Below are positions 8,552-18,877 of a stretch of DNA of 64,000 bases, in pieces (position 1 is the first letter of the stretch; every line of letters starts with the position of its first letter). This stretch comes from Negativicutes bacterium. GTDB lineage: Bacteria > Bacillota > Negativicutes > UBA1444. Location: the NCBI GenBank assembly GCA_963665275.2, contig CAXXIN010000018.1:256001-320000 (forward strand), given 5' to 3'. The notes below the pieces were generated by a model. The model had not been told where the DNA came from. It saw nothing but the letters and a program-made list of their open reading frames with translations, and made no database searches. Made by a program: the position numbers and the translations under genes.

Positions 8552-9424
8552 ATGGAAGACCGCGACTGGTTGATCATTAAAGAGCTTCATGAATACAAGA
8601 ATATTACCAAAACTGCCCAGGCGCTATTTATTTCACAGCCGTATCTGACCACCCGCATTCGGCAAATCGAGGACGAGCTCGGCGTGAAGATGATCTACCG
8701 CGGCAGCCGTGGCATTCATTTCACGACGGAGGGGGATTATCTGGCCCAGTGTGCGCAGGAAATGCTGCTGAACATTCGCCGGATCAAGGAGCAGGTCGTC
8801 AGCATGGGGACCGAGGTCAAGGGCACGATCCGGGTCGGCGCGTCGAATTATCTGTCCAAATACAAGATTCCGCGTCTGCTCGGTCTGTTCAAGGAGCGTT
8901 ACCCGCAAGTGGAGTTCAATGTCTCCACGTCGCTGAGCAAGGATGTGTGCGGGCGATTGTACAATCAAGATGTGCATATGGGGTTCGTGCGCTCGGATTT
9001 TGGCTGGCGCGGCGAGAAGCACGTTTTGTACGAGGAGCCGGTATGCATCGCGTCGACGAAAAAGGTGACATTGGCTGATCTGCCGGGGTTGCCGCGCATT
9101 GATTATCATACGGATGACACCTTCAAGAGCGAAATGGATGAATGGTGGCTTGAGACTTTTACCAAACCGCCGACGATCGGCATGACGGTAGGGTATATCG
9201 ATGTTTGCCGCTCCATGGTGGCCAACGGCCTAGGCTATGCCATCGTTCCGGCATCCTTGATCGACGGCCTGGCGCCGATGCATAGGATTCCCATTGCCCA
9301 CCGCGACGGCCAGCCGATCCTGCGCAAAACCTGGATGCTGTATCACAAGGAGATGCTGGAGCTAAAAATTGTGCGGCTGTTTTTGGACTTTGCCAAAACT
9401 GTGGATTATGCGGAATTGACGTAA
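8552..9424 (+). CDS. LysR family transcriptional regulator
   Basis: NITKTAQALFISQPYLTTRIRQIEDELG HTH plus substrate-binding domain. Confidence 0.95.
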   Translation: MEDRDWLIIKELHEYKNITKTAQALFISQPYLTTRIRQIEDELGVKMIYRGSRGIHFTTEGDYLAQCAQEMLLNIRRIKEQVVSMGTEVKGTIRVGASNYLSKYKIPRLLGLFKERYPQVEFNVSTSLSKDVCGRLYNQDVHMGFVRSDFGWRGEKHVLYEEPVCIASTKKVTLADLPGLPRIDYHTDDTFKSEMDEWWLETFTKPPTIGMTVGYIDVCRSMVANGLGYAIVPASLIDGLAPMHRIPIAHRDGQPILRKTWMLYHKEMLELKIVRLFLDFAKTVDYAELT

Positions 9425-9438
9425 GCGACGAAAGAATG

Positions 9439-9479
9439 GTCCTTGCCGTAATGAGGATTTGCGGCGGGGACTTTTTTTG
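9439..9479 (+). terminator. Intrinsic terminator
   Basis: GTCCTTGCCGTAAT..ATTTGCGGCGGGGAC followed by T7. Confidence 0.65.
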
Positions 9480-9483
9480 TCGG

Positions 9484-9500
9484 CATAGCTATTTGCAATG
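9484..9500. promoter_or_regulatory. Putative LysR recognition site
   Basis: CATAGC-TATTT-GCAATG dyad containing T-N11-A, upstream of the DASS operon. Confidence 0.4.
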
Positions 9501-9588
9501 CCCCCCATTCCACATACATATTTCTAATTTTTCTGAATCATGTATATGATTAAACAGGAAAAAGAGTGAAAGCAAAAGGGGGATTTTC

Positions 9589-10983
9589 ATGTTAGTACGT
9601 TGGTTGAGTTTAGCAATTGTTCCAATCATTATTTTGCTGACGCCGGTTCCTGCCGGATTAACGCCGGAGGCGTGGAAGATTTTCGCCGTTTACTGCGCGG
9701 CAATTTTGGGGTTGATCCTCAGACCGGCGAGTGAATCGGTCGTTATGATAACGGTGATTGCATTCGGTTCGCTGATTGTTCCGGTAGGGAAAATGCTCAG
9801 CGGCTATGCATCGACTACCGTTTGGCTGGTATTCTCGGCTTTTTTGATCAGTCAGGCTTTTGCCGATACGGGTCTCGGGAAACGGGTCGCGTATCTTCTG
9901 ATCGGCCGTTTCGGCAAGTCCGCCATGGGGCTGGTGTATAGCGAAACAATCACCGATTTTTTGCTCAGCCCGGCGACTCCGTCCAATACCGCCCGCTCCG
10001 GCGGCATTGTCTATCCTATTTTCCGCAACGTTGCCAGCGCTCTCGGCTCTGAGCCCGGTCCGACCGGACGCAAGATCGGCTCGTTTTTGACGTTGTCCAC
10101 CTACGGCATCAGCATGTCGACTTCGGCGCTGTTCATTACCGCTTGCGCCCCGAATGTCTTAACGGTCGCTTTTGCCAAAAACATTATGAAAGTGGATATT
10201 TCCTGGATGCAATGGATGGTGGCGTTCATTGTGCCCGGCCTGCTTGTCCTGATTGCAGTTCCGTACATTATCTATAAAATGTACCCGCCGGAAATGACCC
10301 GGATCAGCAATGCGGGCGAACTTTCGCGCCAAGGGCTGGCGGAGCTGGGGCCGATTACATCGAAAGAAAAGCTGCTGATCGTAGTATTCATTTTGGCGAT
10401 CATCGGTTGGGCGACCGGCAATATTACCAAGATCGATGCAACCGTCATCGCGCTCTTATTCTTTAGCATCTGTGCGATTTTCAAACTGATTTCCTGGGAT
10501 AACGTGCTGAAAAACACGGGAGCCTGGAGCACGTTGATCTGGTATGGTGCGATCATCGGGTTGTCCGGGATTCTGGCGCAAGCCAAGTTCTTCACCTGGT
10601 TGGCCAAGCTGACGGCGGACAATGTCCATTTGGCCGGGTTCAATGTTTATCTGGTGTTGTTCACTCTCGTAGTGATCAGCTTATTGGTGCGTTACATTTT
10701 TGCCTCCATGGGCGCTTATGTGGGCGCGTTTATTCCGGTGCTGTTCACGATCGGGCTGGCGGCGCAGGCTCCGGCGATGCCGTTGGCTTTGCTGATTGCT
10801 TCTTCGGCTGCGTATGGCTGCCTATTGACTCATTACGGCGGCGCGGTCGGCCCGGTGCTGTTCGGTACGGGGTATGTCGATCAAAAAACGTGGTGGAAGG
10901 TCGGCGCCGTATTGGCTGCGTTCAATGTAGCGGTTTATATGATCATTGGGCTTCCCTATTGGAAAATCATCGGATTGTGGTAG
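9589..10983 (+). CDS. DASS family anion permease (CitT/TtdT-like)
   Basis: TGLGKRVAY, PATPSNTARSGGIVYPI, LTHYG...FG.GYV...WWK motifs. Confidence 0.9.
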   Translation: MLVRWLSLAIVPIIILLTPVPAGLTPEAWKIFAVYCAAILGLILRPASESVVMITVIAFGSLIVPVGKMLSGYASTTVWLVFSAFLISQAFADTGLGKRVAYLLIGRFGKSAMGLVYSETITDFLLSPATPSNTARSGGIVYPIFRNVASALGSEPGPTGRKIGSFLTLSTYGISMSTSALFITACAPNVLTVAFAKNIMKVDISWMQWMVAFIVPGLLVLIAVPYIIYKMYPPEMTRISNAGELSRQGLAELGPITSKEKLLIVVFILAIIGWATGNITKIDATVIALLFFSICAIFKLISWDNVLKNTGAWSTLIWYGAIIGLSGILAQAKFFTWLAKLTADNVHLAGFNVYLVLFTLVVISLLVRYIFASMGAYVGAFIPVLFTIGLAAQAPAMPLALLIASSAAYGCLLTHYGGAVGPVLFGTGYVDQKTWWKVGAVLAAFNVAVYMIIGLPYWKIIGLW

Positions 10984-10995
10984 GAGGCGATACAC

Positions 10996-12123
10996 GTGAA
11001 AGTGGATATTGCGATTCGTAATGGCAAGGTAGTGGACCCGGCGGCCCACCGTGAGGGGTTAGGCGATATTTACATCCAGAATGGGAAAATCGTCGCCGGC
11101 GGTGCGGACGTACAGGCGGACCACGAAATCGACGCGGCGGGGCAGCTCGTATTGCCGGGCTTGATTGACTATCATCTGCATGTGTTTCCCCAAGGCACGG
11201 ATATCGGCATTGACGCCGATTCCTCGCTGTTGCCGCAAGGGGTTACGACCGCTGTAGATGCCGGCAGCGCCGGGACCTCTAATTTCGCGGCATTTCGGGA
11301 GTTGGTGGCGGAGCGGAGCACCACGCGCATCAAGGCGTTCATCAACGTGTGCCCCGCAGGGCTGGCCACGAGCCAATATCATGAAAATGTCGACCCGAAG
11401 TATTGGAACCGAGCGGGGATCCGCAAGATCCTCGAACAGTATCCCGAATTCGTTCAGGGGATCAAGATCCGAATCAGTCGGGCCATCGTGCAGGAACTGG
11501 GCATGAAACCGCTGGAAGAAGCGGTCAAGCTAGCCGCAGAAGCCGGAACCCGCCTGGCGGTGCACTCGACGGACCCGACAGGAACCATGGCGGATATCGC
11601 CAGTTGCCTGCGCGCCGGGGATATTCTGGTGCATTGCTTCCATGGAACCGGCCATACCCTCGTGGATGGGGAGGGGAAAATTCACGAACCGATCTGGCAG
11701 GCGCGGCGTCGCGGCGTGGTGATGGATGCGGCGAACGGGCGGAACCACTGGGCGTTTGCCGTGGCTGAGGCAGCGCTGGCGCAGGGGTTTGCACCGGATA
11801 TCATCTCGACGGACCTGACGGGGCGGACCTTGTTTCGCGACCCCGTATTCGGGTTGCCCTATCTGATGTCTAAATACCTCATGCTGGGGATGTCGCTGCC
11901 TGACGTCGTCACCGCCTGCACGGTGAAACCGGCGGAATTGCTGGGAATGACCGGAGTGATCGGGACACTGGCGCCGGGAGCGTTGGCGGATGTCAGCGTA
12001 TTTAGCTTAGCAGACAAGACGGTGGATTTCGCTGATACCCAAAGGGTCGTGAAACAAGGAAAAGTGCTCCTTAGCCCACGGCTCACCCTCAGCGGCGGCA
12101 AAATCGTATTTCGCAGTTTATAA
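10996..12123 (+). CDS. Dihydroorotase-like metallo-amidohydrolase/deacetylase
   Basis: LPGLIDYHLH, GVTTAVDAGSAG, GIKIR, VH..., HCFHG, PDIISTD. Confidence 0.85.
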   Translation: MKVDIAIRNGKVVDPAAHREGLGDIYIQNGKIVAGGADVQADHEIDAAGQLVLPGLIDYHLHVFPQGTDIGIDADSSLLPQGVTTAVDAGSAGTSNFAAFRELVAERSTTRIKAFINVCPAGLATSQYHENVDPKYWNRAGIRKILEQYPEFVQGIKIRISRAIVQELGMKPLEEAVKLAAEAGTRLAVHSTDPTGTMADIASCLRAGDILVHCFHGTGHTLVDGEGKIHEPIWQARRRGVVMDAANGRNHWAFAVAEAALAQGFAPDIISTDLTGRTLFRDPVFGLPYLMSKYLMLGMSLPDVVTACTVKPAELLGMTGVIGTLAPGALADVSVFSLADKTVDFADTQRVVKQGKVLLSPRLTLSGGKIVFRSL

Positions 12124-12143
12124 CCCAACTTAATTTTCTTCAC

Positions 12144-13043
12144 ATGGGAGGCGAAAGTGCTTTGGATTATTCAACGACTTTATCAACAGTAGTGCCCAAT
12201 TCCAGCGGAACAGCGGTTCCCCGCACGGCTACTCCGCTTCACGCGTGCGACTCGCACATTCACATCGTGGATGAGCGCTTTGCTTCGAATATGGTTGCCA
12301 TGCCCGGCTCAACCGTTGCCGATTACCGCTGGCTGCAACGCAGGTTGGGAACCTCGCGAGCGGTTATTGTGCAGCCGAAAAACTATGGAACAGATAATAG
12401 TTGCACGCTGGATGCGATCGCTCAACTCGGGATTGAAAATGCCCGAGGCATTGGCGTGGTTTACCCGGATGTCACGGATGGGCAGTTGCAGCGAATGGAT
12501 CAAGGCGGGATTCGCGGCTTGCGTTTCAGTCTCTGGAACGCCTCGAACAATGTCACGACGATTGATATGGTTCTTCCCTTGGCTCAGCGGATCGACAGCC
12601 TGGGCTGGCATGTGCAACTGCATATGTCCGGTGACCAGCTGCTCGCCAATACCCAGCTGCTGGATAGCATTCCCTGTCCCATCGTGATCGATCACATGGG
12701 CAGGATGCCGGTGGCTGCCGGGGCCGATCATCCGTCGTTTAAAATCATCACAGGTTTGATTGACCGGGGGCGCACCTGGGTGAAGCTGTCCGGCGCGTAT
12801 TTGAATACTGAATCCGGCCCTCCCGATTATGCGGACGCGACAGCGATTGCCAAAGCGTTTGCGGTTTATGCGCCGGAACGCATGGTCTGGGGCAGCGACT
12901 GGCCGCATGTGACGGAGAAGCAGGAACACAAGCCGGATGATGCGCAGCTGTTTGATTTGTTGGCGGAATGGATTCCTGATGAGAGCGCTCGCAAACGGGT
13001 ACTGGTGGACAATCCCGCCGCTCTCTATGGGTTCACACTGTAA
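12144..13043 (+). CDS. Amidohydrolase_2 lactonase (LigI / D-galactarolactone isomerase-like)
   Basis: ACDSHIH, AVIVQPKNYGTDN, IDHMGR, WVKLSG, WGSDWPH, DNPAALY; probable start at TTG 12162. Confidence 0.85.
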   Translation: MGGESALDYSTTLSTVVPNSSGTAVPRTATPLHACDSHIHIVDERFASNMVAMPGSTVADYRWLQRRLGTSRAVIVQPKNYGTDNSCTLDAIAQLGIENARGIGVVYPDVTDGQLQRMDQGGIRGLRFSLWNASNNVTTIDMVLPLAQRIDSLGWHVQLHMSGDQLLANTQLLDSIPCPIVIDHMGRMPVAAGADHPSFKIITGLIDRGRTWVKLSGAYLNTESGPPDYADATAIAKAFAVYAPERMVWGSDWPHVTEKQEHKPDDAQLFDLLAEWIPDESARKRVLVDNPAALYGFTL

Positions 13044-13094
13044 GATCATACCGGTAAGTTTCATGAAAGCCAAAAAAATGGAGGGGGAACGAAA

Positions 13095-14450
13095 ATGGGG
13101 TTAAGTATCTGGTCGTTGATTGCGTATATCGCCGCTATTATTTTCTGGAATTCGAAAATGAAGCGCAACATCGGTGAGGCTATGGTCGTGGGCTGGGTTG
13201 TAGTGCTGCTGTTCGGCGGCAGCAAAATATTGGATCTTTTGCTGAAAAGCTTGGAATTCGCCGCTACGCAGGAAACAGTTTACGCAGCGTTGGCGTTTGT
13301 CTTCATGGCGTTTGTCATGACCAAAACCGGCTTGGTGAACCGCATGGTAGATATTCTTAACTCGACTCTAGGCCGCATCCCCGGTGGGGCCGGATATATT
13401 TCCACCTTGGCGAGTGCGTTGATGGGCCTGATTTCCGGCTCCGGGTCCGGGAACGCGGCGGCGGTCGGCTCCGTCACGATTCCTTGGATGGTTAAATCCA
13501 ACTGGTCGCCGCAACTGAGCGCGACGATGGTGTCGGGGAACGCCGGTCTGGGGATCGCCTTGCCGCCTTGTTCTTCGATGTTTCTACTGCTCGGGCTGGG
13601 CGTCGTGGCCGAAAAATTGACGACTGGCTCGCTCTATGTTGCCCTGCTTAGCGCCGGACTATGGACACTGCTGTATCGGCTCATTTTGGTCCGTTGGTTC
13701 GTCTATCGTTACAATATCGAGCCGTTGCCGAGAGATATGATCAAGCCGTTCGGCCAGACCTTCCGGGATGGTTGGACCTCGCTACTGATCTTCGCAGGCA
13801 TCATCATTCCTGTGGGCCTGACCATCGGACCGGTGGCTGAGGCACTGGAAGCGGTCAAGTCCTTTGGCCCCAAAGGAATGAAAAGCATTTCAATCATCGT
13901 CTGGATACCGGTTCTGATCAGTTGGATCGCTATTTTCGAAGGGCGCAAATATCTGCCCAAAACGGCATCGGGAATGTATAATCTCATTCAATCTTCGGCG
14001 AAACGTTATGTTGTTGTGGGCGCGACACTGTTCTTTGCGTTTGCGGCCGGGGAAGTAATGACCCGGTTGGGCTTGGCCAAGGATATGATGGTTATTTTGC
14101 AATCCCTGCAACTCTCGCCGCTGCTCATGATCGTGCTCGTAGGAATCTTGGTAACCGTGATCGGCGGACCGCTTACATCCACCGCCACGGTTGTGGCGAT
14201 TGGCTCGGTTTCTTTCTCCGCGCTGATTTACGCCGGAGTGCATCCGGCAACGGCTGCGGCGGTCATCCTGATTTTTTCTTCCACCGAAGGAGCGACACCA
14301 CCTGGCGCTGCACCGATATTCATTGCCTGCGGCATTGCCAATGTCGACCCGGTGAAAACCTTCATACCCCTTATCTTGTACTATGTTTTGCCGATCCTGG
14401 TGATCGGTGTCCTGATTGCACTGGGCTTATTGCCGACATTGGTCATGTAG
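13095..14450 (+). CDS. DctM-like (TRAP large permease) transporter
   Basis: ISGSGSGNAAAVGSVTIPWM, GIALPPC, ATPPGAAPIF motifs; many transmembrane segments. Confidence 0.75.
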   Translation: MGLSIWSLIAYIAAIIFWNSKMKRNIGEAMVVGWVVVLLFGGSKILDLLLKSLEFAATQETVYAALAFVFMAFVMTKTGLVNRMVDILNSTLGRIPGGAGYISTLASALMGLISGSGSGNAAAVGSVTIPWMVKSNWSPQLSATMVSGNAGLGIALPPCSSMFLLLGLGVVAEKLTTGSLYVALLSAGLWTLLYRLILVRWFVYRYNIEPLPRDMIKPFGQTFRDGWTSLLIFAGIIIPVGLTIGPVAEALEAVKSFGPKGMKSISIIVWIPVLISWIAIFEGRKYLPKTASGMYNLIQSSAKRYVVVGATLFFAFAAGEVMTRLGLAKDMMVILQSLQLSPLLMIVLVGILVTVIGGPLTSTATVVAIGSVSFSALIYAGVHPATAAAVILIFSSTEGATPPGAAPIFIACGIANVDPVKTFIPLILYYVLPILVIGVLIALGLLPTLVM

Positions 14451-14462
14451 GAGGGAAGCAGC

Positions 14463-14696
14463 ATGGATATTTTGCGAAAAGGACTGAACGTCCTGTTTGT
14501 TTGCGGCGTTGTGGTTTTCATGACTCTGGGAACGGTCATTGTTCTGGTGCAGGCGTACAGCATCGTTACCGCCAACGGGGCGTTGGCCGTGAAGGCAATG
14601 AAAACGATCGGGAAGCCGGCGTTTATTGTTGCGTCGCTAACCGGAGTCATTGGTTTTGTTCAAGGTTACATCAACGGTTGGGAAATGGGAGACTAG
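14463..14696 (+). CDS. Small two-TM membrane protein (possible small transporter subunit)
   Basis: 77 aa, two hydrophobic helices, GGAGG RBS, directly after the DctM-like gene. Confidence 0.7.
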   Translation: MDILRKGLNVLFVCGVVVFMTLGTVIVLVQAYSIVTANGALAVKAMKTIGKPAFIVASLTGVIGFVQGYINGWEMGD

Positions 14697-14699
14697 AAA

Positions 14700-15656
14700 G
14701 TGGAAGGGAGATCGGTCAAATTGTTGAATTACACGCAGGAGGTGGTTCGTCGGTCCCGCTTGATCGTACCGGCGAATTCGCCCAAGTTTTTGGATAAGGC
14801 TTATGCCCGCAATGCCGACGCCATCGTTTTGGATTTGGAAGACAGTGTCCCACAAGCGGAAAAGGTGCCTACCCGTCAAACGATCAGAGCGTCAATCCCG
14901 TTAGTAGGCAAAGGCGCCAGCGATGTTATGGTGCGCGTCAATCACACGAGTGAATTGCTGCGGGGAGACGTGGAGGCGGCGATATGGCCGGGCGTATACG
15001 GGATCGTATTTCCGAAGGTGGAGAGTGCCGCCGAAATTCATGAAATCGAAAAACTGATTGCCGAGCTGGAACAACAGCGGAATATCCCGGTGGGGACGAT
15101 TAAGATTTCGGTTTTGATTGAATCGGGTACCGGCTATCTGAACATGAACGAGATTGCCAAGGCGAGTGAGCGGGTCGATTCGCTGACGATCGGCAATGAG
15201 GATTTCCTCAGTGATCTCGGGATCGTAGCCAACGAACACACGTATCATGCGCTGTTGGTGCCGCGAATCCAGTTGGTCATCACGGCCCGGGCGAACCAAA
15301 AGATCCCGATGGGCTTGATCGGCTCGCTGGCCAATTACAATGATGCCAATGCTTTCGAGCAAAGCGCCATTTTGGCGTATCAACACGGTTATCTGGGCGC
15401 CAGCTGCATCAACCCGCGCAATGTGGACACCCTGAATCAATGCTTCTCACCCAGTTCTGCGGAGCTGTTGCGGGCGGAACGCCTTATCGTCGCTTTTGAT
15501 GCCGCGCTGGCAGAGGGCAAGGGCGCCACGACGTTTGAAGGCAAGATGATCGATTATGTCCACTATGAAAAAGCGAAGAAGATTATAACCCGTCAGGAAC
15601 TGATCAATAAGGTCGAACGCAAAAAACAACAGGCCCGTGAAGCTCAGCAAAGGTAG
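14700..15656 (+). CDS. citE: CitE-family CoA ester lyase
   Basis: RRSRLIVPAN, ADAIVLDLEDSV, VRVN, PKVES, LIES, GKMID. Confidence 0.85.
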   Translation: MEGRSVKLLNYTQEVVRRSRLIVPANSPKFLDKAYARNADAIVLDLEDSVPQAEKVPTRQTIRASIPLVGKGASDVMVRVNHTSELLRGDVEAAIWPGVYGIVFPKVESAAEIHEIEKLIAELEQQRNIPVGTIKISVLIESGTGYLNMNEIAKASERVDSLTIGNEDFLSDLGIVANEHTYHALLVPRIQLVITARANQKIPMGLIGSLANYNDANAFEQSAILAYQHGYLGASCINPRNVDTLNQCFSPSSAELLRAERLIVAFDAALAEGKGATTFEGKMIDYVHYEKAKKIITRQELINKVERKKQQAREAQQR

Positions 15657-15667
15657 GTGTAAGTGAA

Positions 15668-17161
15668 ATGAAAAATGCTGCAGGGCGTGAAATTCCTGCC
15701 GAGGTCGCAGGGAAAAAAATAACCCCGTATGGCGGGGCGCTGGCGTGCATCCCAAGTAGCGAAAAAGTTCTGCAATCCATTGAAGACGCTATCGATGCGG
15801 TAGGATTGCGCGATGGGATGACGATCTCTTTTCATCATCATATGCGCAACGGCGATTATGTGATGAAACTGGTCGTGGATGCGATTGCCCGCAAGGGAAT
15901 CAAGGGACTGAAACTATCCGCCAGTTCGCTGAGCGCGGTTCAGGACAGCTTGTTGCCGCACTTGGAGTCAGGAGTCATTACGGCTCTGGACACCAGCGGC
16001 ATCCGCGGCGAGCTCGGCAAATTCGTGTCGGCAGGCAAACTGCCGAATCCGGTCATGATCCGAACGCACGGCGGGCGGGCGAGGGCGATCGAGTCCGGCG
16101 AACTGCCCATCGACGTGGCGTTTATCAGCGCCCCGACTTGTGACACGTTTGGCAATATCAACGGGGTGGAAGGCCCGGCGGCCTGCGGGTCCATGGGGTA
16201 TGCGATGGTCGATGCCGCCCACGCCGCCAAAGTCGTGGCCATCACCGACAATCTGGCGCCGCATCCGCTGCACCGCATCAGCATTCCCCAGACCCAGGTA
16301 AACTATATTGTCAAAGTGGATTCGATCGGCGATCCGAAGGGGATCAGCACCGGCTCCTTGCGCATCAGCACCGATCCCAAGGAATTGCTGATATCGGAAT
16401 ATGCCGCCACGGTGATCGAGCACTCCGGTTATTTTAAACAAGGCTTTTCGTTCCAACTGGGGAGCGGTGGCGCTTCGTTGTCCGCCGCCAAATTTATCCG
16501 GGAAAAAATGCTGGCCTCGGGAATTACCGCAGCTTTTGGCGTAGGCGGCATCACCGGACTGTTCGTCGAGATGATGGAGGAAGGGCTGGTGGAACTGCTG
16601 TTTGACGCCCAGAGCTTTGACAGCAAATCGATCGAGTCCCTGCGCAAAAACCCCCGGCATCTGGAGATGTCAGCTGCCTATTACGCGAGCCCCGGTAATT
16701 GCGGCCCGATCGTCAATAATGTCGATGTCGTCATCTTGAGCGCGACCGAAGTGGACATTCATTTCAACGTGAATGTGCTCACCGGCTCCAACGGCAAGCT
16801 GATGGGAGCTCCCGGCGGACACCCGGACACTGCGGCGGGCTCCAAACTCTGCATCGTCACGTTGCCGCTAATGCGAAAAAACTTCTCGGTCATTCGGGAA
16901 GCGGTGCACACCATCGTTACCCCCGGCGAAACGATCGATGTGATCGTAACGGACCGCGGTGTGGCCATCAATCCCCTGCGGCAGGATTTGATCAGCAATT
17001 TGAAAGACTCCGGACTACCGATTCTGCCGATCGAAGAGCTGTGGAAGTTGGGCAATGAGCTGGCGGGACCGGCGGAAGCCGCGCCTGTTGGCGGAGATAT
17101 CGTCGGCCTGGTCGAGTACCGGGATGGAACGATCATCGATGTCATTCGGCAGCTTGGCTAA
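15668..17161 (+). CDS. citF: Citrate lyase alpha subunit-like CoA-transferase
   Basis: MKNAAGREIP, DGMTISFHHH.RNGD, RTHGGRARAI, ACGSMGYA, GGHPDTA, VEYRDGTIIDV. Confidence 0.92.
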   Translation: MKNAAGREIPAEVAGKKITPYGGALACIPSSEKVLQSIEDAIDAVGLRDGMTISFHHHMRNGDYVMKLVVDAIARKGIKGLKLSASSLSAVQDSLLPHLESGVITALDTSGIRGELGKFVSAGKLPNPVMIRTHGGRARAIESGELPIDVAFISAPTCDTFGNINGVEGPAACGSMGYAMVDAAHAAKVVAITDNLAPHPLHRISIPQTQVNYIVKVDSIGDPKGISTGSLRISTDPKELLISEYAATVIEHSGYFKQGFSFQLGSGGASLSAAKFIREKMLASGITAAFGVGGITGLFVEMMEEGLVELLFDAQSFDSKSIESLRKNPRHLEMSAAYYASPGNCGPIVNNVDVVILSATEVDIHFNVNVLTGSNGKLMGAPGGHPDTAAGSKLCIVTLPLMRKNFSVIREAVHTIVTPGETIDVIVTDRGVAINPLRQDLISNLKDSGLPILPIEELWKLGNELAGPAEAAPVGGDIVGLVEYRDGTIIDVIRQLG

Positions 17162-17192
17162 TCACAGGGTAAACAATGAAATAATTGGATTG

Positions 17193-17237
17193 CAAAGCAA
17201 ATGACTGCGCCGTAACGGTAAGTCATTTGCTTTTTTT
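17193..17237 (+). terminator. Intrinsic terminator
   Basis: AAAGCAAATGACT...AGTCATTTGCTTTTTTT. Confidence 0.8.
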
Positions 17238-17247
17238 ACAAAACCCC

Positions 17248-17278
17248 TTGACTTGGAGTTAACTCATAGTAGTATAGT
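17248..17278 (+). promoter_or_regulatory. MerR-type promoter with 19-bp spacer and operator dyad
   Basis: TTGACT-19bp-TATAGT with palindrome GAGTTAACTC in the spacer. Confidence 0.85.
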
Positions 17279-17329
17279 GTCGAATAACGGAGGTAATATA
17301 TAATGTTGGGCAACAGGAGGTGAACGGAT

Positions 17330-17725
17330 ATGACGATTACAGAGGTAAGCCAAAAATATGATCTGCCGCAAGATACGCTTCGCTATTATGAACGCATTGG
17401 ACTGCTTCCGCGCATGAATCGCAATAAAAGCGGCAACAGGGACTATACGGAGGAAAACTGCAAATGGATTGAATTCATCAAATGCATGCGGTCGGCAGGG
17501 ATGCCGATTGACGTATTGCTGGAGTATGTGGGGCTGTTCATGCAGGGAGATGCCACCATTGCAGCGCGCAAGGAACTGTTTGTCGAACAGCGCAGGCAGC
17601 TGGCGGCGCGCATGGAAGATATGCAAAAAACGCTGGACCGGCTGGATTATAAGATTGCGGAATATGAAAATGCCGTGGTCAGCAAAGAAAATGAATTGAA
17701 AAATCGGAGGCGACGCGCAATATGA
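17330..17725 (+). CDS. MerR family regulator (AdhR-like)
   Basis: TLRYYERIGL, GNRDY, WIEFIKCMRSAG, LDYKI..YE. Confidence 0.92.
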   Translation: MTITEVSQKYDLPQDTLRYYERIGLLPRMNRNKSGNRDYTEENCKWIEFIKCMRSAGMPIDVLLEYVGLFMQGDATIAARKELFVEQRRQLAARMEDMQKTLDRLDYKIAEYENAVVSKENELKNRRRRAI

Positions 17726-18877
17726 ATAAAAAATTGGGATTTGGGTTTATGCGGTTACCGCTACGGGACCCGAACGATTATGCGAACATTGATCTGGAAA
17801 CGTTGAATCAAATGGTCGACACTTTTTTGGCGAGAGGCTTCACCTATTTTGACACGGCCTATATGTATCACATGGGGCAGAGTGAGGTCGCGCTGCGCGA
17901 GGCGTTGGTGAAACGCCATCCGCGAGGCAGTTTCACGGTTACAACCAAACTGCCGACTATGATGCTGAAATCAAAAGAAGATCAGGAAAAAATCTTTGCC
18001 GAACAATTGGCAAAGTGCGGTGTGGATTATTTTGACTATTATCTACTGCATAATTTGGGGGTAGCCAATTACGAGACCGCCGAAAAATTCGGCAGCTTTG
18101 CCTTTGTCCAGCAAAAGAAACAGGAAGGGAAAATCAAAAAAATCGGTTTTTTCGTTCCACGATACGCCGGAGTTGCTGGACAAAATCCTGACCGCGCATC
18201 CGGAAGCGGAGTTCGTTCAGTTGCAGATCAACTATCTGGATTGGGATAGCGAAAGCATTCAGTCCCGCAAATGTTACGAAGTGGCCCGGAAACATCACAA
18301 GCCGGTGATTGTCATGGAGCCGGTCAAAGGCGGAATGCTGGCGAAGATTCCCGAAAAAGCGGAAGAATTGATGCAGGCCTATCATCCTGATATGTCCATC
18401 CCCTCCTGGGCCATCCGTTATGTGGCGAGCCACGAAGGAATCATGATGGTGCTGAGCGGGATGTCCACGCTGGAGCAGCTCTTGGATAATACCGGCTATA
18501 TGCAGGACTTCAAGCCGTTTGTCCAGGCTGAATACGACATCGTGCAGCAAGCGGTCGGCATCATCAACGAATCCATCGCGATTCCCTGCACAGCCTGCCA
18601 GTACTGCGAAAAGGGCTGTCCCAAACACATCGCCATCCCCAAATACTTCGCCTTGTACAACGCCGAAAAACAAGCCCCGCCTTCGCTTTTTTCCATTCAA
18701 CGGGTGTATTACGATAATTATTCCAAGACGCATGGCAAGGCGTCCGATTGCATCGGCTGCAAGCAATGTGAGGGCAGCTGTCCGCAGCATATCGAGATTG
18801 TCAATTGGCTAAAAGCTGTAGCCGAAACGTTCGAAACCGAGCTGCCGCCCCGCGTAGTGATACCCGATAATAAATGA
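17722..18877 (+). CDS. Aldo/keto reductase with C-terminal 4Fe-4S domain, frameshift in the T-run near 18150
   Basis: [21 protein letters not shown]|[32 protein letters not shown]; two ORFs joined by removing one T. Confidence 0.88.
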
